Source: Octopus sinensis
Lineage: Eukaryota
Reading direction: 5' to 3'
Length of the DNA: 64,000 nucleotides
Assembly (NCBI RefSeq): GCF_006345805.1
Contig: NC_043016.1
Coordinates: forward strand, 26,536,001-26,600,000
Notes under the pieces: model-generated
The model's database searches: none
Seen by the model: only the letters and a program-made list of their open reading frames with translations
What the model was told of the DNA's origin: nothing
Shown: positions 25,864 to 56,299 of the stretch, piece after piece
How positions within the stretch are numbered: the first letter of the stretch is position 1
Layout: each line of letters starts with the position of its first letter
Program-made: the position numbers and the translations under genes

Positions 25864-26440
25864 ATATATACACACACAAAATTGGCTTCTTTCAGTTTCC
25901 ACCTACCAAATTCACTCAGAGGGCTTTGGTTAGAGCAGAGCTAAAATAGAATGCACTTGCTCAAAGTACCATGCAGTGAGATGGTACCTGAAACCATATG
26001 GTTTGCAGAAAACTTAACATGGCCATGCTTGCATCCAAATGTTCATAAAACAGGATTTTAAAAATCCAAGAGTACACTTAGAGCAGCTCCCATATGTCCA
26101 ATGGCATGATTTACTCACTGGATCGGAGGAGGAGGGTATGCGTGCTCTGCCTCTGACCTAAAGAGGGAATAGTGTTCTACAGAGTCAGCTAAAGTAAATC
26201 AAACAATTAATGTACCTAGCTCAGTCTAAATGTGTTAAAACAAACATCAAAAGTATTTCATTTTGAGAAAATGACATTGTCTCTTTACATGACAAGTTGA
26301 TTTAGAAATTATGAGAGTGAGAGACAAAGAGTGAGTGTGTGTAGCATGCATATGCACACACACACACACACACACTATTTTGAATAATACACTATTATTG
26401 ATAAATCTCATTTCTTGTATTGTGAGTGTGTGAGATAGAG

Positions 26441-26483
<43 letters not shown>

Positions 26484-27561
26484 AAGAAAGAGAGAGAGAG
26501 AGAGAGAGAGGTAGAGAGAAACTAGATCTGCAAGAAAAACAACCCACACAAAGCTTCAGCATTTTCAATACTTTATGAAACATGAAAATTGTTGATTACA
26601 ATTTTACAGTAATTCTACAGAACTTCTTCAGTGTATAGAATTAAAGGGGGAGGGAATGTATCCATGATGATGTTGAAAGTGTCAGTATACCAGTAATTCG
26701 GGTGGGCTGTGAGTAGATATATTTAAGTAAAAATGACTGTCTCAGATAGAAGTATTTTGCCAGTCCTTTGAAGTCAATGTTTTTTCATTAAAACTAATTA
26801 TTCGCTAAATTAATTCATAACAAAGAAAAAACTTAGCAAAAGCTTTGTCAAACAACACAGGTAGAACCAGTGAATGAATACAAAATACTAATACTCTAGA
26901 TGTGTACTAAACAAAATGTGTTTTTTTTTCAATGGCATATCATCTTTGAGGCAATCAATAGTTCAAAGTCATAACTATGAAATTAACAGAATATCAAGCA
27001 ATGTCTATGCAAAATTGAAAATACTTTGAACAGAATAATAAAATCAAACAGTTCTCAGGTTATTTGTAATTTAAATTAGTAACAGACATAAAACCAAGAA
27101 ATTGCATCTTAAGGTACAATCTACAAACTGGTGTCAAAAAAAAATTGAATTCCCAAAATATATTAAAAAAACACCTTTGATTAATAACTAATCATGACTC
27201 ATTATATGAATGAGGAATTTAATTTGGAAGTTCTTGATAATTTTATGTCTTCCCATATTTTCATTATGCCAGCAGTTTTTAGAAGCAGACAGATTTGAAA
27301 ATTTACTTTAAAAAGAAATTGCTTTGTTAAACAGAATGGAGTTATTTTTAAATAGTCATTTCACAAACATGTCCACAAAGTCCTACACATCTTTTTTAAG
27401 CACATACAGTCTATGTAAATAAACTAATAAATTCAATCCTTAGCTAATCTTTTTTGTCATGAATTAAAAAAGAGATTTTTAAAAAAATTTTGTATTGTTC
27501 TTTTCAATGATGATGATGATGATGATGACGGTGGTGGTAATAAAGATGAAATTATATTGTA

Positions 27562-44390
<16,829 letters not shown>

Positions 44391-44952
44391 CTGAAATTAC
44401 ACGAAAGACGATTTCATCTACATAAAAATTTTTCCTCTTTTTAAAATGTGATGCGATTTGCTCAAATTAAGAAGACACAGCATTAATTAAAGGATAAGTA
44501 TATTCTCGATACAAACGTTACACACGATGTGTAAGTAATATCTATAATACAATAGGACATTAAACCTACATTGAAAAGCGAGGATCTTAACTCAATCGTC
44601 GACATATGTAATTCATTCTACATTAAGGAATGGTAAATATATATATTTAAAAAAAAAAGCACCAAAATACAAAAGCGATTATTTTTGAAGTTAAAATTGT
44701 ATATTATGGAGAAAGCCTTTATTACAAATCAAGACCATATGAAAGACAAACGAAAATAAAGATGGATAAAATTCAAAAAAGGTTTCGTTCGATCGTTCGT
44801 GTCTATGTGCACGGAGAGAACCCTTAACTACTAGCTTAATTTAATCGTCTTAAATATATACTAAGACGGACATATTTCGTGTAAATAAACGTATCGGCTA
44901 TATAAATATATCTTCAGTTAGATAGGATACGGAGAATTGTTCAAATACTTAC

Positions 44953-45400
44953 AGTACACATATTGACATCGTTTTAGATACAAAGCAGAAAGGAAAAACA
45001 CACTCGTGCGGTTGTTACATAGGAAAGTCTAACAACTGCTGGCAGCAGCAGCAAATCAATTTATTTTTAATAAATATACTTCTTTCTCTACAGCGTAACA
45101 TCTTGAACGAGCGAGGAATAAAAAAAAAAAATTAATGTATAATAAAATCACGAATTAAAACGGCTAGTATGAAAATAGCACTTCATTAAAAGCGAGAAAC
45201 TAGTTTTTTTAATGAATGAGAGAGCTAAATAGAATAAAAATCTAACATGTCGTCTTTATTTCTCATTGACTAAATAGATTGTGCTACACTCAATTCATTC
45301 ACTTCCGGGTCATTTACGTACACTTTATCAAGTGAGTGTAAATTTAAAAGCTACCGCACGAAACCTCAATACATAGTTGGGGGCAAGCAACCGTATTACT
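44953..45400 (-). promoter_or_regulatory. Candidate KDM2 proximal promoter and first exon (could encode M-C-T, spliced in phase 0)
   Basis: Perfect ACT|GTAAGT donor at 44952; ATG TGT ACT at 44961-44953; ETS-type CCGGAAGTG on the minus strand at 45308-45300; CpGs retained. Confidence 0.4.
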
Positions 45401-46501
45401 TGATTAAATTACATTAAAAAATTTATTCTTTCTAAAAATGTCCACTAATCAATTTTTTTTTTAGAGATTAAGAGTTGAGTGCGTGCGTGTGTGCGAGTAG
45501 ATGCCCCCACCACAATTCCAGCAGTTAAAATATGAGCTAGAAAAAATAAAGCTGAGAGGCTTTATAGATGCTTTGGTCTATGGAGTACCAACCACTTTAT
45601 AGAGATAATGGCAGGTTTAAAGTGAAGTATGGTGGAGAAAAATTGTTACTTTCAAACTACTTATTTTATCGATCGATAAGTATAGCAATATTTTTTTTTC
45701 CCCTCCTTTCAAATTCTCCAGTAGAGGGATTTCAAAGCAGACTGGAAACTCACTGCTGTCCACGTCCTGTCAGCATCTATACATTATATTTAATAATAAT
45801 CTATTGGCGATAAAAATGTGATAGTAGGGGAAATGGAACATTGTAACCAGCTTCGTTCTAGGTTGCTTTTCCTCCACTCAAAGTAACCTCAGTGAAATTA
45901 AACGAAATGGCTACAGTTGGAAAGAAAGGGGGAAAAAAACAACAACAGTGGCTGACAGTCTCAACTCCTCTCCTATTTACACAAGAGGAAAAATAAGACC
46001 GTGACATGATTTTATTTATATATTTTCATACGGAAATTAGCGACGTGAAGAGAAACTGGGGCACTGATTCCAAAACCTGGTGTTTACATGAGGTTTTTTT
46101 TTCTTCTAATTTAGAGGAGAATGAACGATGTCAAACATGAAGTCTAGATTTACAGGAAACTGAAGAATAGTAGCGTTCATTAGATATGTTTTAATAGAAT
46201 TTTTTAATATAGTTTGATCGCGCAGATCAGGCCTTGATATAGAGAAAACCTACTAAACACACTAAACTGTAACCATACTGTCTTTGGGGAAAGGGATTAC
46301 AATCTAATGCATCTCTGTACGAAGGAAATTTAGCTACTATATCTAGCAGCTTCGGGAGACCTTGTAGCTCTCGCTTCCGTTACTTGCAAAGAGAAGGGAA
46401 ATCCATTATAGCGGGAGATAGGTATAATGTCGGATCGAATAGAGGGAAGGGAAGTGCGCTCAAGATATACAACACATACCCGAGGAAGAGCACAATGTCA
46501 A

Positions 46502-46661
46502 GGCGGAAGTTAAAGATCATGGACCGCATCTCCTATGAAATTTAAAATTAAATTTTGAAATGCAGATTTTTTTTTTGCAGATTCGGAATCTCCGCCCTTG
46601 ATATAGTGTTCCCGTAAAAAAAAATCCCAAAGAGGTGCGGTCCATGATCTTTACCTCTGCC
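46502..46661. mobile_element. Small MITE with about 30-bp TIRs and an 8-9-bp TSD (CAATGTCA)
   Basis: GGCGGAAGTTAAAGATCATGGACCGCATCTC / GAGGTGCGGTCCATGATCTTTACCTCTGCC. Confidence 0.75.
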
Positions 46662-47781
46662 CAATGTCATACGCACATTATAACTAAACTTTATTTACTT
46701 TCAACTGAATGACTGTTTTGGAAACAAATGCTGTTAAATTAGAAAATAGTGACGGTTATTCAAACAACTGACCATTGTTCTGATGATTTTTTTTTCTCTT
46801 CAAAATTAATAATCCCTTTTAAAACCTTATTTTTAAAAAACCGATGGCTTCAAAATTAAATACAAATTTAAAGCATACAACGACGGTCAGCAACAGCAAC
46901 AAAATTGTCCCAAAATCACGAACTACAATTGTTAAAAAAAAAAGGGCTTTAAAAAAATAAAAATAAACTTATATATGCGCAAATGACGGGGATGGCTTCA
47001 GTTGGAATAACGTATTTGATAAGGGTCTAACTTAATCACAACGTCTAAAGAATATCAATGTATACCGTTAATACACACACATATATACATATATAATAAA
47101 GAAATAAAATGATACTGGCTAAGTGTTGAACAGAAAACTGAATTCTTTAGAACTAGCAGATATAGAAAAGGTGAAAGTAACTGACATCTTCGACGAATTC
47201 TTTAAGTACTTCCAAAAAGTAATAAATAGAAAAGTGCGAACTATTCGGTTTATAGCAATAACATCCAAACCAAACAAAACGAAGTCGCCTGACAAGCAAT
47301 GAATTCGCAAGTTACTGTCTTTAAACATAAGGGAACAATTGAAAAACTGAGGATACGCGGTCATGGCTGGAACTTTTATGGTTGGCGTGGAGGAGGGAGC
47401 TGGCAAACCAACGAGAGGCTCCTGCATTGTCACTTGACCTCCTATAAACAGCAGCTGAATATGCATAGAATCGTAACCTAGTCCACACTCCAACAATAGA
47501 TATTTGGGGGGAAGGGGCAAGTCATTTCCACTGATTCCGAAAGGATGAAAGGTTAAGTCGACCTCGGCTGAATTTGAACTCTGAACGCAGAATCAGACGA
47601 AATGCAGCGAAGCATTTTGATCGGCGTGCTTAACGATTCTGCTAACTCACCTTTATCATAAGGTACAATCATGGTTACAATGACAATAAATCTGTTAAGT
47701 CCAACGCTGGTCTGTGGACTAAACAACTGATTAAGGGTACTGATACATTTTCCAAATTAGCTCATAAGTATACACAAACAC

Positions 47782-47830
<49 letters not shown>

Positions 47831-47839
47831 CTACACACA

Positions 47840-49170
47840 CACACGTATGTGTACATCTATATATCTACCTATCTAATCTACACACACACATCTGTATACG
47901 TATGTGTACATCTATATATCTACCTATCTAATCTACACAAACACACACATCTGTATACGTATGTGTACATCTATATATCTACCTATCTAATCTACACAAA
48001 CACACACATCTGTATACGTATGTGTACATCTATATATCTACCTATCTAATCTACACAAACATCTGTATACGTATGTGTACATCTATATATCTACCTATCT
48101 AATCTACACATACATCTGTATACGTATGTGTACATCTATATATCTACCTACCTAATCTACACATACACACATCTGTATACGTACGTGTACATCTATATAT
48201 CTACCTATCTAATCTACACACACATCTGTATACGTATGTGTACATCTATATATCTACCTATCTAATCTACACACACACACATCTGTATACGTATGTGTAC
48301 ATCTATATATCTACCTACCTAATCTACACATACACACATCTGTATACGTACGTGTACATCTATATATCTACCTATCTAATCTACACACACATCTGTATAC
48401 GTATGTGTACATCTATATATCTACCTATCTAATCTACACACACACACATCTGTATACGTATGTGTACATCTATATATCTACCTATCTAATCTACACATAC
48501 ACACATCTGTATACGTATGTGTACATCTATATATCTACCTACCTAATCTACACATACATCTGTATACGTATGTGTACATCTATATATCTACCTATCTAAT
48601 CTACACACACACATCTGTATACGTATGTGTACATCTATATATCTACCTATCTAATCTACACATGCACACATCTGTATACGTATGTGTACATCTATATATC
48701 TAATCTACACATACACACACACATCTGTATACGTATGTGTAAATCTATATATCTACCTATCTAATCTACACACACATCTGTATACGTATGTGTACATCTA
48801 TATATCTACCTATCTAATCTACACACACATCTGTATATGTATGTGTACATCTATATATTTACCTATCTAATCTACACAAACACACACATCTGTATACGTA
48901 TGTGTACATCTATATATCTACCTATCTAATTTACACACACATCTGTATACGTATGTGTGTACATCTATATATCTACCTATCTAATCTACACACACACACA
49001 CGTCTGTATACGTATGTGTACATCTATATATCTACCTATCTAATCTAAACACACACACATCTGTATACGTATGTGTACATCTATATATCTACCTATCTAT
49101 TCTAAACACACACACACATCTGTATACGTATGTGTACATCTATATATCTACCTATCTAATCTACACATAC
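47840..49170. repeat. Tandem minisatellite, about 23 units of 53-61 bp
   Basis: Unit ACATCTGTATACGTATGTGTACATCTATATATCTACCTATCTAATCTAC(AC)n. Confidence 0.95.
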
Positions 49171-49985
49171 ACGCGCATGTGCGTTTGAGGTTCAGCCGAG
49201 CAGAGAGGTAATGATCAAAAGGCACACCAGCCTTAGGAGCGTCTAAGCACATTTATCAAATGTTTTCCTTCTTGAAGACAGAACTGTTTGCAATTTTTTG
49301 CGGATTAAATATTTAAGAACAAATGCAAAAATGTAATATTACTCACTTTCAAAAAAGAAAAACTATGTGAAAGTTGCAGCCTTTTTTTTTCTTTTTTGTA
49401 ATCACATAAAATAAATATTTCAATATAATTGTGGAACGCCAAAATAGTTCATTCATTCATTCGGATTCGTAAAAGTGTTCCAAAAATACATGAAGCTTAT
49501 TTCTTTTAAAACGGCTAACAGTGAGAGACTAAAATTATAAATACCAGTCTATGTATGTGCGTGGCGGGATTCTGCTCCAAGAACAATTTATGTTTATGTT
49601 TTCCAGTTTCAGCTCTTGAGCTGTGGCCATGCTGGGGCACCGCCATTTTACAACAATCTCATAACTTTAATTTTTTTTTTTTTTTAATTTGCATAAAATA
49701 GAAACACACTTCTGAACAAACGTTGGAAACCAATACAGGCGTACTAGACCTGTTAGAAAAATAGCAGTCATATCTACCATAAAACAATCCATTTTAAAAA
49801 GAGAATGGATATGTTTGACCATGTACTGTTAATGTTAAATCCAGAAAGGATGGATAACCATTCAAGTTGAGCAACAAATAAATGAGGTTCTTTTTCACAG
49901 ATAATTTCCACCTCGTATGAAAGTAGCCAAGAACAGTATATATAAAAGTTGATATACTTAGGAACGGGATAAGGTAAATCAATCA

Positions 49986-50932
49986 GGCAAAACTACAAAT
50001 TCCTGTCCCCCCACCACCACCACCGATTTTGGATGATCATAACTTTCAGAAAAATGGATATTTTTTTAATGAGATTTTCTACAAATGTGTGTTATGTCAT
50101 GTAGATTCCGAATATAGAAAACTGGGGGGGAGGGTAGTAGGGGCTGGGGGGGTCGGAAAATCCACCGGCGTCCACTTCAAGTGGTCTCAACTTTCAAGGA
50201 AATAGATATTTTTTAATGAAATTTTCTACAAATAATATACTTCGGACTATGTAGATTCGGAGAACGTAGGAATTTGGGGTGGGGGGTTGCATTTGAGGAC
50301 CGTTCCCCCCCCCTCGGGGGTGTTTCGGAACAAGTTGTCCATATTTCCTTCATTTTCTCCGTTTTGCACGTTTGTGCATTCGTAGATTTCTAACACACAC
50401 ACACACATGTAATTAAAAAAAAGTTCAAACTGGGAATTATTCTATTCAATGTCTTTCTGTTAGAAACGTTTAGACCTTTAGCTGGTATTTTTAGCATAAC
50501 GAGTTTTCCGGTTTCGAATATTCTGATGACAGCTTCATTGCCTGCTGCTTCAGTAGAAATCTACGGATGCATAAACGCACAAAACGGAGAAAATGAAAGA
50601 AATATGGACAATTTGTTCCGAAACACACCCGAGTAGTGAACGGTCATCAAAAGTAACCCCCGTTCTCCGAATCTACAAAGTTCTAGGTTTATTTGTAGAA
50701 AATTTCATTAAAATATATCCATTTTCTTGAGAGTTAAGATGACTTGAAGTGGACGCCGATGAATTTTCCGAAATTCCGCACCCCTCCAAAAAACACTTCC
50801 CCATAAGTTTGTATATTCGGAATCTACATGATATAACACATATTCGTAGAAAATTTCATTAAAAAAATCCATTTTTCTGAAAGTTATGATCACCCAAAGT
50901 CGGGATGAGGGGCAGGAATCTGTAGTCATGCC
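49986..50932. mobile_element. Foldback element with about 390-bp arms built from subrepeats
   Basis: 49986-50390 is inverted relative to 50550-50932; termini GGCAAAACTACA / TGTAGTCATGCC. Confidence 0.75.
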
Positions 50933-51399
50933 GGTAACCAAGCATTTAGATGTAAACAAGTCCTTTTCCTCACCAAGCTTCACCCTTGTTTTTCTTTTCG
51001 CATAAATATCCAACTAATTAAGTTGACAAAGCAAATATATTACACAAGGCTTTGAGAATAATTTTGCTCATGACTCGTACGAATATGAATTTATGCTGGT
51101 TTTAAATTTGCAGTTTTCAATTAGCGTTGTAAACTTTGATGGCACGTGGAGAGTATCACGAGCCCTCGAGCATAAACTGTTCATCGGGGGCCCCCTTAGC
51201 ATTGATATCAAAGAGAGTTAACATGTGGATGCGAACCCCTCAGAGCCCTGGGCCCTCGGGCAGTGCAAGATTGACATACAGCTCAGTCCGCCTCTGCATG
51301 GAGACAATAACAAGTGTGCATTTATATAAACAGTAGAGTGTGTGTATGTGTGCGCGCGAGTGTAAACACGTGTATATAAACACAGAAATGTGATTGTAT

Positions 51400-51489
51400 A
51401 AATACATTTGCGTGTATACCAACACAAATATATTTGACATTCAACAACTGTTTACTGATATAAATATATACACACACGTATATATACGT

Positions 51490-51526
<37 letters not shown>

Positions 51527-51650
51527 CATGTGTATATGTATATATACACAAGTGCTTATGTCTATGTACACACACGTGCTTATGTATATATGTACACATA
51601 TATACACACACGTGTATATGTATATATATGTACACACAGACACAGATAAA
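51400..51650. repeat. Compound (TA)/(CA)/(TG) microsatellite region
   Basis: Directly visible. Confidence 0.85.
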
Positions 51651-52544
51651 TGTACAAAGTAATAATTTACAACAATAATAAAACTTACGAAGTTATACAA
51701 GTCAAATCTCATTCTTTTAATCTTCTTCAATTTCGCGTCAGTAGTACTTCGGAATTTTAACATTATTGGTATTTTCTTATTTTGAATAAATGAAGAGTAG
51801 AGCAGAGAGAGAGGGGTGGTACGTTTTCTTGGTTTTTAGAATTGAAATAATAATAATAATTGGCAAGTAGGAATGACGAAATTCATTCTAAACAAAACTA
51901 TTTCGTGCGTGAAAACCTACGATGGAGATGAAAGATTTAAATTGAAATGAACGACTTCGCAAAATGCTGGCTAGGTGACAAGGAACTACAATCAACAGTT
52001 TAGCATCAAGTATATATATGGATGGATATGTATGTGTGCGTGTGTGTATATATATATATATTTATGTATGTATGGCTATGTAAATGTAAATATATACAGA
52101 TATATATATATGAATACATATAATATGCGTGCGCACCTGACCTCTGACCTCAAACACAACAACAACAACCGATTTACTGACCACCTAAGCCATAAAATAA
52201 ACGCGAAGCTACATTCCTAGTCTCTTTATTCAGAGACTAATACTCGACCATTAAAACTACTTTACATGTACGGAAATTATACATTTTTCCATAGTAAATC
52301 CTTGGCTTTTTCATTCACGTTATTAGCTGAAATGATGTATTTGTTTATTGGCTTTGAATGAATTCGTGAGAGGTTTTTTGAGGGGGGGGGGATTTTTTTT
52401 TTTTATAGTCTGTGTCGTAAAAACAAATCACAACATCCTTTCGGGGCCGATAAATTAAGTACCAGTGAAACACTAAGACGATTAGTTCCCTCCCCACCAA
52501 ATTTCAGACCTTATGCCTTAGTAGAAAGGATTATTACTATTATC

Positions 52545-53150
52545 TCTAGTTGGGCAATGCGGTCGGTGAAGTTCCACTTCGGCGTTGAATGACGGGCAAG
52601 AGCAATGATATTCTCGGAGAAAATTCTGGGCGTCGACTAGAATGGTCGGTCAGTGGACTTTTAGGCCGGGGTCCATGAATTACAAAAATCTCTGCCAGGC
52701 GGTGCTATCGGAGTTTATGTCTGGGTTCAGTCGGGTCTGCCCATGTTACGCTTAAGAACGACGTTCTGTGTGCACTAGTCTAGTGCTCGAACATTGCTAA
52801 CTTGTGGGTTGCATGTAGGACGAAACCGACTATCGGCTAAGTCCACTGTGAAGATCGTTTCGCCGACTTCCTTTGGCCAGGAAGGACAGGCAGTATTTAT
52901 CTGTCGGTGGCCTTAGCGAAAGAGGTAGTGTGGTCAACCAGATTGAAAGGACTGAATAGAGACACCTGCCCCTTTGTCCAAGCCCTCATCAACTTAGTCA
53001 AATTTCGCTTGAAAAGGAAAATTAGAGTGGAGGAGGAAGTACTGGCTATTTGGTTATGAATCAAGTGAATGTGCCGATAAATCTCCGAGTAAACAGGCCT
53101 ATTCAAAGCAGGAAGACGATAAGCATTTGCACTAGTCGGTCACAGCAACT
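52545..53150 (+). mobile_element. L1/Tx1-clade 3' fragment
   Basis: Colinear similarity to 59815-60400 (gattgaaaggactga...ccaagccctcatcaa...ttgaaaaggaaa). Confidence 0.75.
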
Positions 53151-53204
53151 GTAATTCTGCGGGGTCTCCACGAGTAGCCCTAGAAGTCTCCATATTATTA
53201 AGAA

Positions 53205-53387
53205 GGCAACGAGCTGGCAGAATCGTTAGGACGCCGGGTAAAATGTATACCAGCATTTCGTCCGTCTTTACGTTGTGAGTTCAAATTCCGCCGAGGTTGA
53301 CTTTGCCTTTCATTCTTACGGGGTCGATAAATTAAGTACTAGTTGAGCTCTAGCGTCGTGCTTCGTGCCTATAGTAGAAAGGATCAT

Positions 53388-53423
<36 letters not shown>

Positions 53424-53670
53424 GGTGGCGAACTGGCAGAATCGATAGCACGCTGGACGGAATGCTTAGCGATATTTCGTCTGCCGTTACTTCTGAGTTC
53501 AAATTCAGCCGAGGTCGACTTTGACTTTCATTCTAACGGGGTCAATAAGACTGCAGTCGATTTAATCGACTGGGGTCGATAAAATTAGTACCAGTTACGC
53601 ACTGGGATCGATGTAATCGACTTAATCCCTTCCCCTAAAATTTGAGGCTTTATGCTTCCAGTAGAAAGGA
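53205..53670 (+). mobile_element. Two tandem SINE family B copies separated by (TAA)n
   Basis: Heads at 53205 and 53420. Confidence 0.8.
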
Positions 53671-54808
53671 TTATTAATTACTGGTTGACAAGGATCTTTT
53701 CACTCTTGCTATTTGCACCTGGATTACAACTGCAAGTAATGTTCTCTCCTCCTCCACCATCACCACCACCACTCCTCACTCGGAATTGGATTTGGTACTT
53801 CTTTATGCCATATAAGTTGTTGTTTTTTTTTTTTTACAGGATAAGTTTTTATTATGCTTAACTAACTTTTGCCACAAAAAAATTGCAGCAAAGTTGCGTG
53901 TGAGTGGTGTCAAACATGACATGATGACCATCATATGACTTAAACATATATCTTATGTCATGTCGTAATGGTGCACCTTTCCTGCCCACCTTTTTTTATG
54001 GTCTTTAACAAAGATGGGCACCGTTTACCGAAAAATTAACTTCGTTAACCGTTAACCAAAAAGTTAACTTCGATAACCGTTCATCAGTTGTTTTTAAAAT
54101 GTAACAGAAATTATCGATAAATCATTAACACTAATTTTTATTATAGAAAAAAATATCCAGTTTTTACTCTAAAACCACATAAAAACACCTTTAAAAAGAG
54201 CCAATACTATAAAATTTATGTACTGTCATCGAAAAATTTTAACTGGAAAAATGCAGAATTGTCGGAGTTATGGGCATTGAAAGAGTACATGCATCAAGAA
54301 AGTGCAATAATACGGTTTAGCAGTTGAAAACGCTGAGTAGTGAAATGCAGAATTAGGTCCACCGATCGTGAGAATCAAATATTGATCATTTGGCTAAAGA
54401 CTAACAATTGTAAGTGCAGGTGTTATGGGTTATTTCCCTTGTGTGTTTAAAAAATTAGTTATATGAAGTACATATAAAGATCATTTCCAAGGGCCTTATT
54501 AACAGTATTTTTTTCAATAATCTAAGTATGTCACGAGGTTTCCTGACATGAGTTCTACTCACGTGTCAAGTTTCATAAAAATCAATAAAACGATGTAGAA
54601 ATTAGCTAACACAAACAAACACACACCGATTTTCCACATATGTAGTTAATATATGCATAAGGATAACATATTAAAAGGGGACCGTAGGAAAATTTATTTA
54701 AATAAAAGGGTTGGGAACCACTGTGCTAGGTGCTCAATATCTTGTCAGGGCCTAAAAGGAGCGTATATGCGTTTACAAGGATTATAAAAGTTGCGAAATA
54801 TAAACAAA

Positions 54809-56202
54809 GGCATAACTACAAATCTGTAGCCTCGCCTCTGCACTTTGTTGCCTCATAATTTACAGAAAAATGGATACTTTATAACAAAATATTCAACAAA
54901 TACCGCTTAAATGCTATACATTCAGTGTACATAGGGATTTAGGGGAAATAATTTTTTGATGGGGTGGGGAGAGAAGTTTCGGAAAAAACACACGACCCGA
55001 CTATTTTCCCTTCATAACTTTCAGGGAGATGGGTACTTTTTAATGAAAGTTTATATAAATACATTTCAAATGGCATAGATTACAATTATAAAGAAATTTC
55101 TGGGGAAAGTTTTTCTCTGACGGGATGGGGAGATGAGTTTCTGATTAGGAAGACCACATAAGTTAGAATTTCTCCGTTTTGACAGGGATTTTTCCAATTT
55201 TCTAAGAAAAAAGTATGCTATTATTATCTTTTGCATCCCCTTTTCTAAAAATCGTTTACGAATGTATTTTGCAGGATTCCTGATATGAAATCGTGTGTTG
55301 AAACAGATAGTTATACTTCAGGATGGTCATTTCTCTTTTTTCTTTTCTTGCAAAATTTGGCAAGAAAAAAAAAGGGACCATTCCGAAATATAACAATATT
55401 TTTTTTAATCACTGTGGATAAATGCCAGTAATGACCTTCTCATGTTCTAAAATATTTTCAAATTATAAACAGAAACAATTTTTGTTTATAGCATATGCTC
55501 ATGGGGAGAAAAAATACTGAAAAACATCAATACATGCGAGAGTGAGAAAGAAACGAGCGTGGTCTTCGGATGTGCTAGAAACCACAGCTAAATCTCCCCT
55601 AAATTACACTTTTTCCTCAGAAAATATTAAATTTTTTTTTCACCAAGAAGTCTTCCCCCATGGTTTTTAGCTTCCCAAAAAATTGGTCAAAATCGGTCTG
55701 TAGTGGGATGGTGAAGGAGGTGTTTTAAACAGTGTTTAAAATTCATGAAATCATTTTTTATTTTTTCATAAAGATTCCGCTCCCACCCCAATCATTTCGA
55801 AGGCGGTGGTGAAAAAAAGTTGGAAAAGTCCCCGTCAAAACGGAGAAATTCCAACTTATGTGGTCTTTCTAATTAGAAACTCTTCTCCCCCTCAGAAAAA
55901 ATTTTTCCCAGAAATTTCTTTATAATCGTAATCTATGCCGTTTGAAAGATATTGCATAAACTTTCGTTAAATGAGACCCATTTTCCTGAAAGTTATGAAG
56001 GAAAAAAGTCAGGTCGTGTGGATTTTCCGAAACTCCTCTCCCTAATCGTTCGCAAAAATTATTTCCCCCATATCCTCTGAATGTACAGCATCTAAGTTGT
56101 ATTTTTTAAATATTTCGTAAGAAAGTATCCATTTTTTTTTGTTAAGTTATGAGGCAACAAAGTCGAGAGTGACGAGGGAGTTTCACATCTGTAGTTGTGA
56201 TC
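54809..56202. mobile_element. Related foldback element with about 400-bp arms
   Basis: 54809-55205 is inverted relative to 55815-56202; GGCATAACTACA terminus is similar to the 50 kb element. Confidence 0.7.
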
Positions 56203-56299
56203 AAACAAATATATTATTTTATAGAACTTTTTAATTGATATTAATCTGTTAAAAAGTTTCTTCTGGAGTTCACAGGACAGTCGAGTCCTTTTTTTCTTT

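Noticed and set aside
47840-49170. Regularly spaced repeats superficially like a CRISPR array
   Set aside because: No unique spacers, head-to-tail units, eukaryotic context, no cas genes
51136-51310. GC-rich island with a tccatgcag acceptor and short ORFs
   Set aside because: Stops in all minus-strand frames; GGGCCC motifs and a TCCGCCTCTG end look like a DNA-transposon terminus
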